DNA from: an uncultured Actinomycetota bacterium
GTDB lineage: Bacteria > Actinomycetota > Geothermincolia > Geothermincolales > RBG-13-55-18
Assembly (NCBI GenBank): GCA_964462595.1
Contig: CAYWXM010000014.1
Span: 7,341 to 71,340 of the forward strand
DNA: 64,000 nt
Direction of reading: 5' to 3'
The translations under genes were made by a program, and so were the position numbers. How positions within the stretch are numbered: the stretch's first letter is position 1; the number at the start of each line of letters is the position of its first letter. This document shows, piece by piece, positions 1 to 8,275 of the stretch. The notes below the pieces were generated by a model that saw only the letters and a list, made by a program, of their open reading frames with translations, was not told the DNA's origin and ran no database searches.

Positions 1-390
1 GCTCATCCAGTCGGTGAAGAAGTCCAGCACCTTCACTTCCGGCTCCTGCAGCAGGAAGCGCCAGTCCAGGCCGCTTTCCAGTAACACGTCGTTGTTGGAC
101 GCGTGGTCGAAGTGTCCCTGGGTGAGCATGAGGTCCACCCGCTTTACCCCGTCCCTTTTATAGCGGCGCACCAGATCGAGGACGCGCTCCCGGTAGAAAG
201 GGTAGGTGCCGGTGTCGAGGATGAGCAGAGAATCGCCGTCCCGCAGCAGGAAGATGTTACACGAGGCGGGTTTGAGCAGGAAATAATCGCTGACGTAGCC
301 TTCCAGCATCCACACGTCGGGGGCGATTTCGCGCACGAACGACCGCTTCAGCTCTTTTTCCTGTCCGGGAATGGTGAGTTTGTACGACAT
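1..390 (-). CDS. MBL-fold metallo-hydrolase, first 130 codons (gene runs off the left edge)
   Basis: Own reverse-strand translation from ATG 388-390: MSYKLTIPGQEKELKRSFVREIAPDVWMLEGY...RVDLMLTQGHFDHASNNDVLLESG. This is an HxHxDH-type motif with the first His replaced by Gln. AAGGAGG lies about 8 nt upstream. Absent from the ORF track because there is no in-window stop. Confidence 0.7.
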   Translation of the reverse strand, partial: MSYKLTIPGQEKELKRSFVREIAPDVWMLEGYVSDYFLLKPASCNIFLLRDGDSLLILDTGTYPFYRERVLDLVRRYKRDGVKRVDLMLTQGHFDHASNNDVLLESGLDWRFLLQEPEVKVLDFFTDWMS

Positions 391-392
391 GG

Positions 393-1145
393 TCAGCCCC
401 TCCTTTTTCGCCCGGTGGAAGCCGGCGCTCGTTTGCCGGTTCTCTCTTCACGCGCCTTCAGACCGTCCAGCAATATTCCCAGCAGCGGCTCTCCCTCCCG
501 CTCGAGGTCGAAGCCGCCGTCGTTCAGGCACCACTCGATGACGATGCCCCTTATGGCCCGGACCAGGGCCAGTGCGATCTCCTCGCTCGAGAGGTCACAG
601 CGCAGCGCGCCGCCTTCCTGCGCCTCACGGACCAGGCGAAGCGCAACCTCGTACGAGCCCCGCTCTCTCGATGCCAGGGAAGACGGACCCCGGCCGGGTG
701 CCATCTGGCTGGAATAGGCGGCTTTGATGTAATCCTTGCCCAGAGCGGAGATATGCCGCAGCGAATACCTCCCGAAGGCCAGCAGCCGAGCGATGCCCGT
801 GTCGGCCTTGTCGATCTCCGGGAGGGAATCTAGGTAGAAGCGGTCCAGGTCGAGTAATTCCTCCACCAGCACCTGGTCCTTCGATGCGAAATACACGTAG
901 AAGGTGCCCTTGGAGACGCCCGCCTCGCGGCAGATGTCGTCCACGGCCACCCGTTCGTAGCCCCTTTCGGCGAAGAGGCGCAGCGCCGTCTCCGCCAGCT
1001 TGCGGCGGGTGTCCTCGGCCTGCTGTTTGCGGGAGATCCTCTCCTGCGGCGTGCCCTGGCTCCCCTTTTTACCGCTGCCAAGTCCGGTTTGTGCAGTTCC
1101 CTTGCCTGGTTGTCGAGTCGTCGGCTGGCCCGATCCTGCTACCAT
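393..1145 (-). CDS. TetR/AcrR family transcriptional regulator
   Basis: Frame of track ORF 393..1367, trimmed to ATG 1143-1145 (MVAGSGQPTT). The HTH region RRKLAETALRLFAERGYERVAVDDICREAGVSKGTFYVYFASKDQV is typical of TetR. The stop abuts the MBL gene start. Confidence 0.9.
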   Translation of the reverse strand: MVAGSGQPTTRQPGKGTAQTGLGSGKKGSQGTPQERISRKQQAEDTRRKLAETALRLFAERGYERVAVDDICREAGVSKGTFYVYFASKDQVLVEELLDLDRFYLDSLPEIDKADTGIARLLAFGRYSLRHISALGKDYIKAAYSSQMAPGRGPSSLASRERGSYEVALRLVREAQEGGALRCDLSSEEIALALVRAIRGIVIEWCLNDGGFDLEREGEPLLGILLDGLKAREERTGKRAPASTGRKRRG

Positions 1146-1174
1146 AAAGCCCCCCCTGTCGAAGCGCTCCGCTA

Positions 1175-1209
1175 TATAATGACTACGGTCAGTGACTATA
1201 GTCATTATA
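1175..1209. promoter_or_regulatory. Candidate TetR operator (dyad TATAATGACTA ... TAGTCATTATA with inner palindrome TGACTATAGTCA)
   Basis: Inverted repeat read directly, 30-60 nt upstream of the TetR start codon. Confidence 0.45.
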
Positions 1210-1240
1210 CCGCGAAAGCGGAAAAGGACAAGCGTGAGTG

Positions 1241-1463
1241 GGCCACATGAAGGGGCCAGTTCTCGAATATCGAGTTCTCCACCAGGAAGCACCCAAGATG
1301 GCAAGGTCATCACGGCCTCGAGGATATATGGGTAAACCCAAGAGGAGATATGGTAGCATCCGGGCATAGATCATCCCACGATGAGCCCGATGATCAGAAA
1401 AAGGTAGAGGGATGAATGGAAGATATAGGCAAATAACTCGATATTCGAGAACCGGCCCCTCCC
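1241..1463. mobile_element. MITE-like non-autonomous element, copy 1
   Basis: About 220 bp, highly similar to 3321-3540. The 25-nt terminal inverted repeats GGGGCCAGTTCTCGAATATCGAGTT (1252-1276) and AACTCGATATTCGAGAACCGGCCCC (1435-1459) are complementary at 24/25 positions. No convincing ORF inside. Confidence 0.6.
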
Positions 1464-1580
1464 AGATGGTTGATACAGAATCGGTTTATGTCCCATGCAA
1501 CTGGGGTAGGTATTAAGTTGAAGCTATTCAATCCTGTTAATCCATGTCAGAGCTGTGGCAGCGGAAGGGGGAGGAAAACG

Positions 1581-1661
1581 CGCAGGGTGGTCACGGGTCT
1601 GACGCAGGAGGGCAAGGCCGTTTTTGTGAGCGACGGGGAACCTCCGCGCTATCGTATGTGA
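1581..1661 (+). pseudogene. Remnant of a cupin-domain gene (N-terminal ~25 codons only)
   Basis: RRVVTGLTQEGKAVFVSDGEPPRYRM* resembles the usual N-terminus of small cupin proteins (RRVVTG..DGK.VF.SDG.PP) but stops immediately. It lies between MITE copy 1 and the synthetase gene. Confidence 0.3.
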
Positions 1662-1761
1662 AGTAGTCCGGAGATCTCATCTCATATTGTCCGGCCGGGG
1701 GCCTACTCGATGCCCTATCATCTGGACCGGGCGTAAACCGAGCGGAAAAGGAGGGAGCAAG

Positions 1762-3282
1762 ATGATAAACACCGGCGAAATTATGGCTCGCAACGCCAGG
1801 AAATTCCCGGAAAGGGAGGCGCTCGTATACGAGGACAAGCGCTACACCTACAGGGAGCTGAACGAGATCGCGAACAAGCTCGCGAACAAGCTCATTGCCC
1901 TGGGCCTCAAAAAGGGCGACAAGGTAGGCATGATGAGTTTCAACTCCGATTCCTTCGTCATAACCTACTTCGCCGTCATGAAGGCGGGAGGGATAGTGGT
2001 GCCCCTCAATTTCCGCCTCGCCGGCCCGGAAACGGAGTACATACTCGATAACAGCGATTCCAGCTTCTTTGTCTTCGGGAACGAGTTCCTGCCGCTGGCC
2101 AGGGAAATCAGGGAAAAACTTCCCCGCATCGGGCACTGGATCCTTGCCGACGGGGAGGCGGATGCCGACTATATGTATCTGCCTGACATGTTGGAGAAGG
2201 GGAATCCCTCCGAGCCCGGGGTGGAGATAGGACTCTTCGACGAGTCGGCGATCATCTATACTTCGGGGACGACGGGAAAGCCCAAGGGGGCGGTCTTCAA
2301 CCATTACTGCCACCTGAGCATAGGCACGGCCATGCTGGCCGAGGTGAATATCAGTGAACATGATCGCATCCTTCACGCGGCACCGCTGTTTCACTCCGCG
2401 GAACTCCACCTCTACCTCTGGCCGGGCACTTTTATGGGCGCAACCCACGTGGTGATGAAGTTCTTCATTCCCAAGCTGACCCTGGAGACGATCGAGAAAG
2501 AACGCATCACCCAGTTCTTCGGCCCGCCCGCCATGTTCCTCCTGATGATGCAGGAGCCCGATTTCGAGAAGTATGACCTGAGCTCGGTGAAGTACTGGGC
2601 CTACGGGGCCGCTCCCATGTCCCGAGAGCAGGTGCTCAAGGCCATAGACATGTTCAAGACTGACAGGTTCTTCTGCCTCTGCGGCCTCACCGAGGGAGGA
2701 CCCGGGGGAGTCCGATTGCGTCCCGAGGACCAGGTCACCAAGGCGGGTGCGGGAGGGCTTCCCGTGGTCAACTGCGAATGCAAGGTGGTCAACGAGGGGG
2801 GCGAGAAGGTAAAGGTGGGCGAGGTAGGAGAGTGGTTGGTTCGCTGCGAGAGCAACATGCTCTACTACTACAAGAACCCGGAGGAGACGGCCAAGACCCT
2901 GACCCCGGACGGTTACGTGAGGACGGGGGACATGGCGGTGGTCGACGATGACGGCTACGTGACCCTGGTCGATCGCAAGAAGGACATGCTCATCTCGGGC
3001 GGTGAGAACATATACCCCAGGGAGATAGAGAACGTCCTGCTCTCCCACGACAAGGTAGCCGACGTTGCGGTCATCGGTGTGGCCCACGAGATCTACGGCG
3101 AGACGGTCAAGGCATTCGTGGTCCTCAAGGAAGGCGTTGAGGCTACGGGCGATGAACTCAGGGAGTTCTGCAAAGGTAAACTGGGCGATTTCAAGATCCC
3201 TAGACAATGGGAGTTCATCGATGCCCTGCCGCGCAACCCCTCCGGTAAGGTCTTGAAGTACATATTGAAGGAGAAGGAGTGA
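1762..3282 (+). CDS. AMP-dependent acyl-CoA synthetase/ligase
   Basis: AMP-binding motifs IYTSGTTGKPKGA and GDMAVVDDDGYVTLVDRKKDMLISGGENIYPREIE. Start moved to ATG 1762 (MINTGEIMARNARKFPEREALVYED), behind GGAAAAGGAGGGAG. Confidence 0.92.
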   Translation: MINTGEIMARNARKFPEREALVYEDKRYTYRELNEIANKLANKLIALGLKKGDKVGMMSFNSDSFVITYFAVMKAGGIVVPLNFRLAGPETEYILDNSDSSFFVFGNEFLPLAREIREKLPRIGHWILADGEADADYMYLPDMLEKGNPSEPGVEIGLFDESAIIYTSGTTGKPKGAVFNHYCHLSIGTAMLAEVNISEHDRILHAAPLFHSAELHLYLWPGTFMGATHVVMKFFIPKLTLETIEKERITQFFGPPAMFLLMMQEPDFEKYDLSSVKYWAYGAAPMSREQVLKAIDMFKTDRFFCLCGLTEGGPGGVRLRPEDQVTKAGAGGLPVVNCECKVVNEGGEKVKVGEVGEWLVRCESNMLYYYKNPEETAKTLTPDGYVRTGDMAVVDDDGYVTLVDRKKDMLISGGENIYPREIENVLLSHDKVADVAVIGVAHEIYGETVKAFVVLKEGVEATGDELREFCKGKLGDFKIPRQWEFIDALPRNPSGKVLKYILKEKE

Positions 3283-3320
3283 CCCAGTAGACGGGAGTCG
3301 CTACAGGTCAGGCCAACAAC

Positions 3321-3540
3321 GGGCACATGAGGGGGCCAGGTTTCGAATACCGAGTTCCCCACCAGGGAGCACCCCGTATGGCAAGGTCATCATGGCCTCG
3401 AGGATATAAAGGTAAACCCAAGAGGAGATACGGCAGCATCCGGGCATGGATCATCCCACGATGAGCCCGAGCATCATATAAAGGTAGAGGGAAGCATGGA
3501 ATATATAGGCAAATAACTAGATATTCGAGACCTGACCCCC
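3321..3540. mobile_element. MITE-like non-autonomous element, copy 2 (more degraded ends)
   Basis: Same orientation and internal blocks as copy 1: GGTAAACCCAAGAGGAGATA, CATCCGGGCAT.GATCATCCCACGATGAGCCCGA, AGGCAAATAACT.GATATTCGAGA. It ends 1 nt before the stop codon of the neighbouring minus-strand gene. Confidence 0.6.
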
Positions 3541-3541
3541 T

Positions 3542-4102
3542 TTACGAGATCTTCAATATCTTCTTCCAGGCGCGGTGCGCGGGGCATACGTTCTTCCATG
3601 CCTGGGTGGAATGGGTGGCGCACCAGCGGCAGGAGTGGAAGAAATGACCGAAGAGCACCAGTTGCATGATGAGGAAGTAGCGCGTGAGCAGCTCGCGGTT
3701 GTCGCGCAGCGCCAGCGCGGGTGTCCAGAACATGGACAGAAGGCAGAAGCCCTCCATTCCGAACCCCAGCGGCCCCACGTCCTTCTCCACCCTGGGAAAG
3801 AGCATGGATGTGTACTTGCCGAGATAGAAGGAATAACACATATTGCCGTAGCCGTCACAGCGGGAGCAGGTGAGGTAACGGGGCCAGGTGAGGAACAGGC
3901 CCAGGGTACCCAGCCAGAATGCCAGGTGTTTGAACTTCCGCTCCTTGATCATCCCTGCCAGTGCGAACAAGGCGCCAAGGCCGAAGGTGGCGAAGCGCAA
4001 GGCCATAATGAAGGGGTTCGGCCGGGGCTCGCAGTCATTCCCGTTGCAATCCGCGCAGGGGCTGTCCGATAAACCGTTGTCGCTTTCCGTTCCCCGAACC
4101 AT
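3542..4102 (-). CDS. Cysteine-rich integral membrane protein, unknown function
   Basis: Hydrophobic segments FIMALRFATFGLGALFALAGMI, LAFWLGTLGLFLTW, GFCLLSMFWTPALAL and YFLIMQLVLFGHFF. Cys clusters CADCNGNDC, CSRCDGYGNMC and CRWC..C. Start set to ATG 4100-4102, behind GGAAAAGGAGGTAGCC. Confidence 0.65.
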   Translation of the reverse strand: MVRGTESDNGLSDSPCADCNGNDCEPRPNPFIMALRFATFGLGALFALAGMIKERKFKHLAFWLGTLGLFLTWPRYLTCSRCDGYGNMCYSFYLGKYTSMLFPRVEKDVGPLGFGMEGFCLLSMFWTPALALRDNRELLTRYFLIMQLVLFGHFFHSCRWCATHSTQAWKNVCPAHRAWKKILKIS

Positions 4103-4368
4103 GGCTACCTCCTTTTCCGACTCTATGTCGCCTTTAAGCATATTAATATAGGCTTTTTGTCTGCGCAAGGGCAGAACACGTATCGGAGGCGTGGTATCCG
4201 TGGTGTTTGAGCGATTGAAGGCGAGAGCTGAACCCGCTTTAGGGAAAAGGGGATCAACCTGGCGTTCGCCGCATAAAACCCGGCTTGGGGGAAGAAAGAG
4301 GAAACGGCAGGTCCAGTACTGTTATCATTGAGATAATCGCTGGGCTCGGGAGACGGGAGGAGAGACAG

Positions 4369-4821
4369 ATGATCGACAAGGTGCTGCTTCCCACGGACGG
4401 TTCGGAGGAGGCCGAGAAGGCCATCGCCTTCGCGGCCAGGCTTTTCGCGAACACCTCGTGCAAGGTGGTCCTGCTCTCGGTGGTGGAGGAACCCGTGTAT
4501 TCCGCCTTCTGGTCCGACGGGCTTATCGCGCCAGAGGTCCTGATGCCACCGCCGGAGGAGCTGCGCGAGGAGTTGGACAAACGGGCAGAGGAGATGCTCG
4601 CGGAAAGCGCCAAGCCGCTTCGTGACGTCGGCCTGGAAGTTATACCCAAGATACGTTTTGGTAACTCCGCGGGGGAGATACTGCAGGAGTGCGAGGAGGA
4701 GGATTACGAGATGATCCTCATGGGCAGCCACGGGCGCGGCGCCCTGGGGGGTTTCCTGCTGGGTTCGGTGAGCAACCGGGTGGCCCATCACGCCAAGTGC
4801 CCCGTGCTCATCGTGCGCTAG
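4369..4821 (+). CDS. Universal stress protein (UspA family)
   Basis: MIDKVLLPTDGSEEAEKA ... ILMGSHGRGALGGFLLGSVSNRVAHHAKCPVLIV. Start at ATG 4369, behind GGGAGGAGAG. Confidence 0.9.
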   Translation: MIDKVLLPTDGSEEAEKAIAFAARLFANTSCKVVLLSVVEEPVYSAFWSDGLIAPEVLMPPPEELREELDKRAEEMLAESAKPLRDVGLEVIPKIRFGNSAGEILQECEEEDYEMILMGSHGRGALGGFLLGSVSNRVAHHAKCPVLIVR

Positions 4822-4945
4822 ACGGGTTGACGGCCGGCGGGCAAGTCACATCGCGGGGTCCCGTTGACCCGGGTGTATTCGCGCACAGGGGGGAAACCGC
4901 CATCGACGGGGCGCGAGATACCTCGAACGAAAGGCATCCTAAACA

Positions 4946-5776
4946 TCAGCGGAAATGGGCCATGCGGTAATCGCAGATCTTTTCGAATCCGATTCCAAGG
5001 TAGATGCTCCTGGCAGGCAGGTTGTCCTTCGCCACGCTCAGGCAAGCCTTGCCCGCTTTCGCGAGTACTGAACGGCAGAGCAATGACATGCAGGCCGAGG
5101 AGAGGCCCTTGCCCCTGAAGGCGGGGACGGTGTAGACACCTCCGATGAGGGCGGCCCGCGAGGTGCGTACCATGACCTCCGCCTTGGAGACGATCTCCCC
5201 GTCCGCCAGGGAGACGGCGATCCCCGAATCGCGCATCCTCTCCCCGGCCAGCTTGCCCAGTTCCTCCTCTGCCTCATCGAGGCTGCCGAAATATTCGAGC
5301 TGGAAAGCGCGGTTCAATTCGATCAGGCGCTCCAGGTCCCCGGGTTCCGCGAGACGCGCTTCGGGCCCGATGCGCGGACGGAAGGACTCCGTATCCAGTG
5401 ACATGTAATCCTGCTCCTCCCAGCCCAGCGGCCCGAGTCCATGGACCGTAAGCCTTTCCAGCAGTGGGCCAGTCCAGTCCGTACGCCCTATGAGGAACCT
5501 GGGCTTGCGGTCGAGCGTGGCGACGTGGTCGGCGAGTTCCAGCGCCAGTCCCGGGACGGGTGCGTAGACGAACATGGAGCCCAGGTTGTAAAGGGCCGTT
5601 ATGCCGCCCATCTCCCCCCCGCGGAAAGCGCCGAAGTAGCGGCCCTGGAAGGGAAGGCCGCGATCCTCGAGGCCGTAGTGGGTGATATCGTAGATCATTA
5701 CCAGGTTGAGTTCGTGGTCCCGGTCGAGGAAACCGAGCGTCTCTTCACGGTTCTTTTCCTCCAGGAGCCTTATCAT
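4946..5776 (-). CDS. GNAT family N-acetyltransferase
   Basis: C-terminal acetyl-CoA binding region IGGVYTVPAFRGKGLSSACMSLLCRSVLAKAG. Start preferred at ATG 5774-5776 (MIRLLEEKN), behind GGAAAGGAAAA; the track ORF starts 30 nt further up at TTG. Confidence 0.8.
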   Translation of the reverse strand: MIRLLEEKNREETLGFLDRDHELNLVMIYDITHYGLEDRGLPFQGRYFGAFRGGEMGGITALYNLGSMFVYAPVPGLALELADHVATLDRKPRFLIGRTDWTGPLLERLTVHGLGPLGWEEQDYMSLDTESFRPRIGPEARLAEPGDLERLIELNRAFQLEYFGSLDEAEEELGKLAGERMRDSGIAVSLADGEIVSKAEVMVRTSRAALIGGVYTVPAFRGKGLSSACMSLLCRSVLAKAGKACLSVAKDNLPARSIYLGIGFEKICDYRMAHFR

Positions 5777-6051
5777 CCCGTTTTCCTTTCCCGCTTCGTG
5801 GGTCAATGGCTATTATTCGCGCCGCGGGAGCCGCCAGTCAAATCGCTACCATGGTGTGGATATTGTGGGAGGCGAGCCATCGCGCACGAAACCCGGGCGG
5901 AAGGCGCGAGCCGGACCACCGGCCGGGACGACACCGATGGTACGGCGGCATGGGGGAGGGGCGGCGGTGTTGGGGGGGCAAGCCGTAGAGCCGGGGCTCT
6001 ATCTTATGGAGAGACAGGCGAATGAGGGGAAGTAGCAGCTCCCACGTTGAT

Positions 6052-6080
6052 TTGACATGCTTATGCCGCGGAAGTATCAT
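6052..6080 (+). promoter_or_regulatory. Sigma70-type promoter (TTGACA - 17 nt - TATCAT)
   Basis: TTGACA at 6052-6057 and TATCAT at 6075-6080 with a 17-nt spacer, followed by a T-rich discriminator. It points toward the DUF39 gene. Confidence 0.5.
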
Positions 6081-6087
6081 TTTTTTA

Positions 6088-6340
6088 TTCCCGTGTGACC
6101 TGGGGATTATTGACAACAACATAATCACCGCGAAAGGCTATGAAGGGGAGGAGTAAGCCCGCGGACGGCGTTACAGAGAGCCGGGCCGAGGTTGAGAACC
6201 GGTGCGCCAGGCGGGCCGAAGATGGCCCCGGAGCTTCCCGCTGAAAGCGCAAGCGAGTAGGCGAGGACGGATGCCTCCGTGATCAAAGGCGAGGGTATCG
6301 CGCAGCGGCGCCGTACCCGGTGCGGAAAGACGGTTTCAAA
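6088..6340 (+). ncRNA. Unclassified GC-rich structured leader or sRNA candidate
   Basis: No RBS-preceded ORF. Multiple alternative helices are visible, for example GGAGG 6147-6151 with CCTCC 6274-6278, or ACGGA 6267-6271 with TCCGT 6276-6280. Bounded by the promoter above and the terminator below. Confidence 0.35.
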
Positions 6341-6373
6341 GCCGCCGTGCACCTTCGCCGGCGGTATTTTTAT
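6341..6373 (+). terminator. Intrinsic terminator inside the leader
   Basis: Stem GCCGCCG (6341-6347) with CGGCGGT (6359-6365), an 11-nt loop, then TATTTTTAT. Confidence 0.5.
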
Positions 6374-6575
6374 CCCGCTTTTCCCGCCGCTCGCAGGGAA
6401 GGGGCGCCGCGGGAATACGATGGACGATGGTCTCGGGACCGGTAGTGGATGGGATTGATGAAGATGAGAAAAAATGAGCGCGCGAGAAACCCAAAGGCGG
6501 TGGTGGCCTGCGTATGGGTCATGCCCTGCTTCCCCGCGGCAGAGAAAATCGGGTGACCGGAAAGGGAGTTGTGAG

Positions 6576-7751
6576 ATGGGCAAGACCATAGAGGAGATAA
6601 ACGAGAGGATAAAGAGGGGCGAGGCGGTGGTGGTAACCGCCGAGGAGATAATAGACCTGGTGCGTAAGGACGGCATCGAGGAGACCGCGCGCAAGGTGGA
6701 TGTCATAACCACGGGGACCTTCAGCCCCATGTGCTCGTCGGGGGCGTTCGTCAACCTGGGGCATGCCCAGCCGCGCATGAGAATATCGCGCGCCTGGCTC
6801 AACGAAGTCCCCGTTTTCTGCGGCCTCGCGGCCGTGGATGCTTATATCGGGGCCACGGAGATGGCGGAACGCGATCCCCTGAACGAGGTATTCCCGGGCG
6901 AGTTCCGCTATGGGGGAGGCCACGTTATCGAGGACCTGGTGGCTCGCAGGACGGTGCACCTGCGGGCGGAGTCGTACGGTACCGATTGCTATCCCAACCG
7001 CCACTGGGAGAAGGACTTCAGCCTGGACGACATAAATGACGCGTGGCTTTTGAACCCCCGCAACGGCTACCAGAACTACAACGTGGGCGTCAACCTCTCC
7101 GAACACATCATCTATACCTACATGGGGGTGCTCCGCCCCGACCTGGGCAACGCCAATTACTCCAGCGCGGGCCAGCTCTCGCCGCTCTTAAACGATCCGC
7201 TGCTGCGGACCACCGGCATCGGCACCCGCATCTTTCTGGGGGGAGGCATCGGTTACGTGATCTGGCATGGGACCCAGCACAACACGGACGTGCCCCGCAC
7301 GGCCTCCGGGGCGCCCACGAGGTCCGCGGCGACCTTGTCCGTTATCGGTGACCTCAAGGGGATGAACCCCCGTTATCTCGCCGGCTATTCCATCCTGGGT
7401 TATGGCGCGAGCCTGGCGGTGGGCATAGGCGTTCCCATCCCCGCTCTCGATGAGGACGTGGTCAGGTCGGCCGCGGTGCGGGACGAGGACCTGGTGGCGC
7501 CGGTGGTCGATTACTCCGCCGACTATCCCCAGGGCACGGGGAGAGTGCTGGGAGAGGTTACTTATGCCGAACTTAAGAGCGGCAGCATAAGGCTCGATGG
7601 CAGGGACATACCCACCGCCTCCCTCTCGAGTTACAATCGCGCGCGCGAGATAGCGACGACCCTCAAGGATTGGATATCGCAGGGCCGCTTCCTCCTGACC
7701 CAGGCGGTGGAGCTGCTGCCGTGCGCGGCCAGAGACGAGGGGGTGGTGTAG
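6576..7751 (+). CDS. Homocysteine biosynthesis protein, DUF39/COG1900 family (MA1821-like)
   Basis: MGKTIEEINERIKRGEAVVVTAEEIIDLV...VDVITTGTFSPMCSSGAFVNLGH matches my memory of the family N-terminus. RBS AAGGGAG 8 nt before ATG 6576. Immediately followed by the NIL-ferredoxin partner. Confidence 0.85.
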   Translation: MGKTIEEINERIKRGEAVVVTAEEIIDLVRKDGIEETARKVDVITTGTFSPMCSSGAFVNLGHAQPRMRISRAWLNEVPVFCGLAAVDAYIGATEMAERDPLNEVFPGEFRYGGGHVIEDLVARRTVHLRAESYGTDCYPNRHWEKDFSLDDINDAWLLNPRNGYQNYNVGVNLSEHIIYTYMGVLRPDLGNANYSSAGQLSPLLNDPLLRTTGIGTRIFLGGGIGYVIWHGTQHNTDVPRTASGAPTRSAATLSVIGDLKGMNPRYLAGYSILGYGASLAVGIGVPIPALDEDVVRSAAVRDEDLVAPVVDYSADYPQGTGRVLGEVTYAELKSGSIRLDGRDIPTASLSSYNRAREIATTLKDWISQGRFLLTQAVELLPCAARDEGVV

Positions 7752-8159
7752 ATGGTAAGGCACAAGATAGTATTGCATTTCCCCCACGAACAGGTGGATA
7801 AGCCTATCGTGAGTAAGCTGGTGCGCGACTACGGCCTCGATTTCAATATCCTCAAGGCCTCCATAACGCCGCGCGAGGAAGGCCTGCTGGTGCTGGAGAT
7901 AACGGGAAAGGAAAAGGATTACGAGCGCGGCATGGCCTATATCGAGTCGTGCGGCGTGACCGTCCAGCCCCTGTCGCAGGATATCCGGCGCAACGAGGAA
8001 AGGTGCACGCATTGCGGCGTGTGCGTAGCCATATGCCCCACGGAGGCCCTTTTCGTCAACCGCGATACCCTGGAGGTCGGGTTCGACAACGAGAAATGCG
8101 TGGCATGCGAGCTGTGCATCAAGGTCTGCCCTACCCACGCCATGGAGGTACATTATTGA
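7752..8159 (+). CDS. NIL domain plus 2x[4Fe-4S] ferredoxin (MA1822-like partner)
   Basis: N-terminal NIL-like VSKLVRDYGLDFNILKASI. Two CxxCxxCxxxCP motifs: CTHCGVCVAICP and CVACELCIKVCP. The ATG directly follows the upstream TAG. Confidence 0.85.
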   Translation: MVRHKIVLHFPHEQVDKPIVSKLVRDYGLDFNILKASITPREEGLLVLEITGKEKDYERGMAYIESCGVTVQPLSQDIRRNEERCTHCGVCVAICPTEALFVNRDTLEVGFDNEKCVACELCIKVCPTHAMEVHY

Positions 8160-8275
8160 TGTCCGGCGAAATGAAAAGCCCGGACGTGGCAGCGCTTTCA
8201 GCCCGGGACCTCCGGTGACGGTCCCGCTTCGCGATACGCTCAGCCCCAGGCGAACCTGTAGTTTACCGAGCTGGG

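Noticed and set aside
103-717. 204-aa plus-strand ORF across the MBL/TetR junction
   Set aside because: It is antisense to two well-supported minus-strand genes, rich in Arg, Ser and Pro, and has no motif or RBS.
1591-3207. 538-aa minus-strand ORF
   Set aside because: Mirror frame of the acyl-CoA synthetase, which carries complete AMP-binding motifs on the plus strand. This is a typical GC-rich shadow ORF.
3335-3352. tRNA T-arm-like string GGTTTCGAATACCGAG
   Set aside because: It is part of the degraded inverted repeat of MITE copy 2. No acceptor or anticodon arms can be drawn.
6088-6375. Assignment of the leader to SAM-I, SAM-IV, cobalamin, glycine or THF riboswitch classes
   Set aside because: Only short partial resemblances were found, for example CCGAAG, GCGAGTAGG and GGTGCGCC. 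Hallmark strings such as GCAACC (SAM-I/IV) and GCCACTG (cobalamin) are absent. It is left unclassified pending a covariance-model search.
6125-6802. 225-aa minus-strand ORF covering the leader region
   Set aside because: Low-complexity Ser/Pro/Arg composition. It overlaps the DUF39 start and the plus-strand promoter/terminator pair, and has no RBS.
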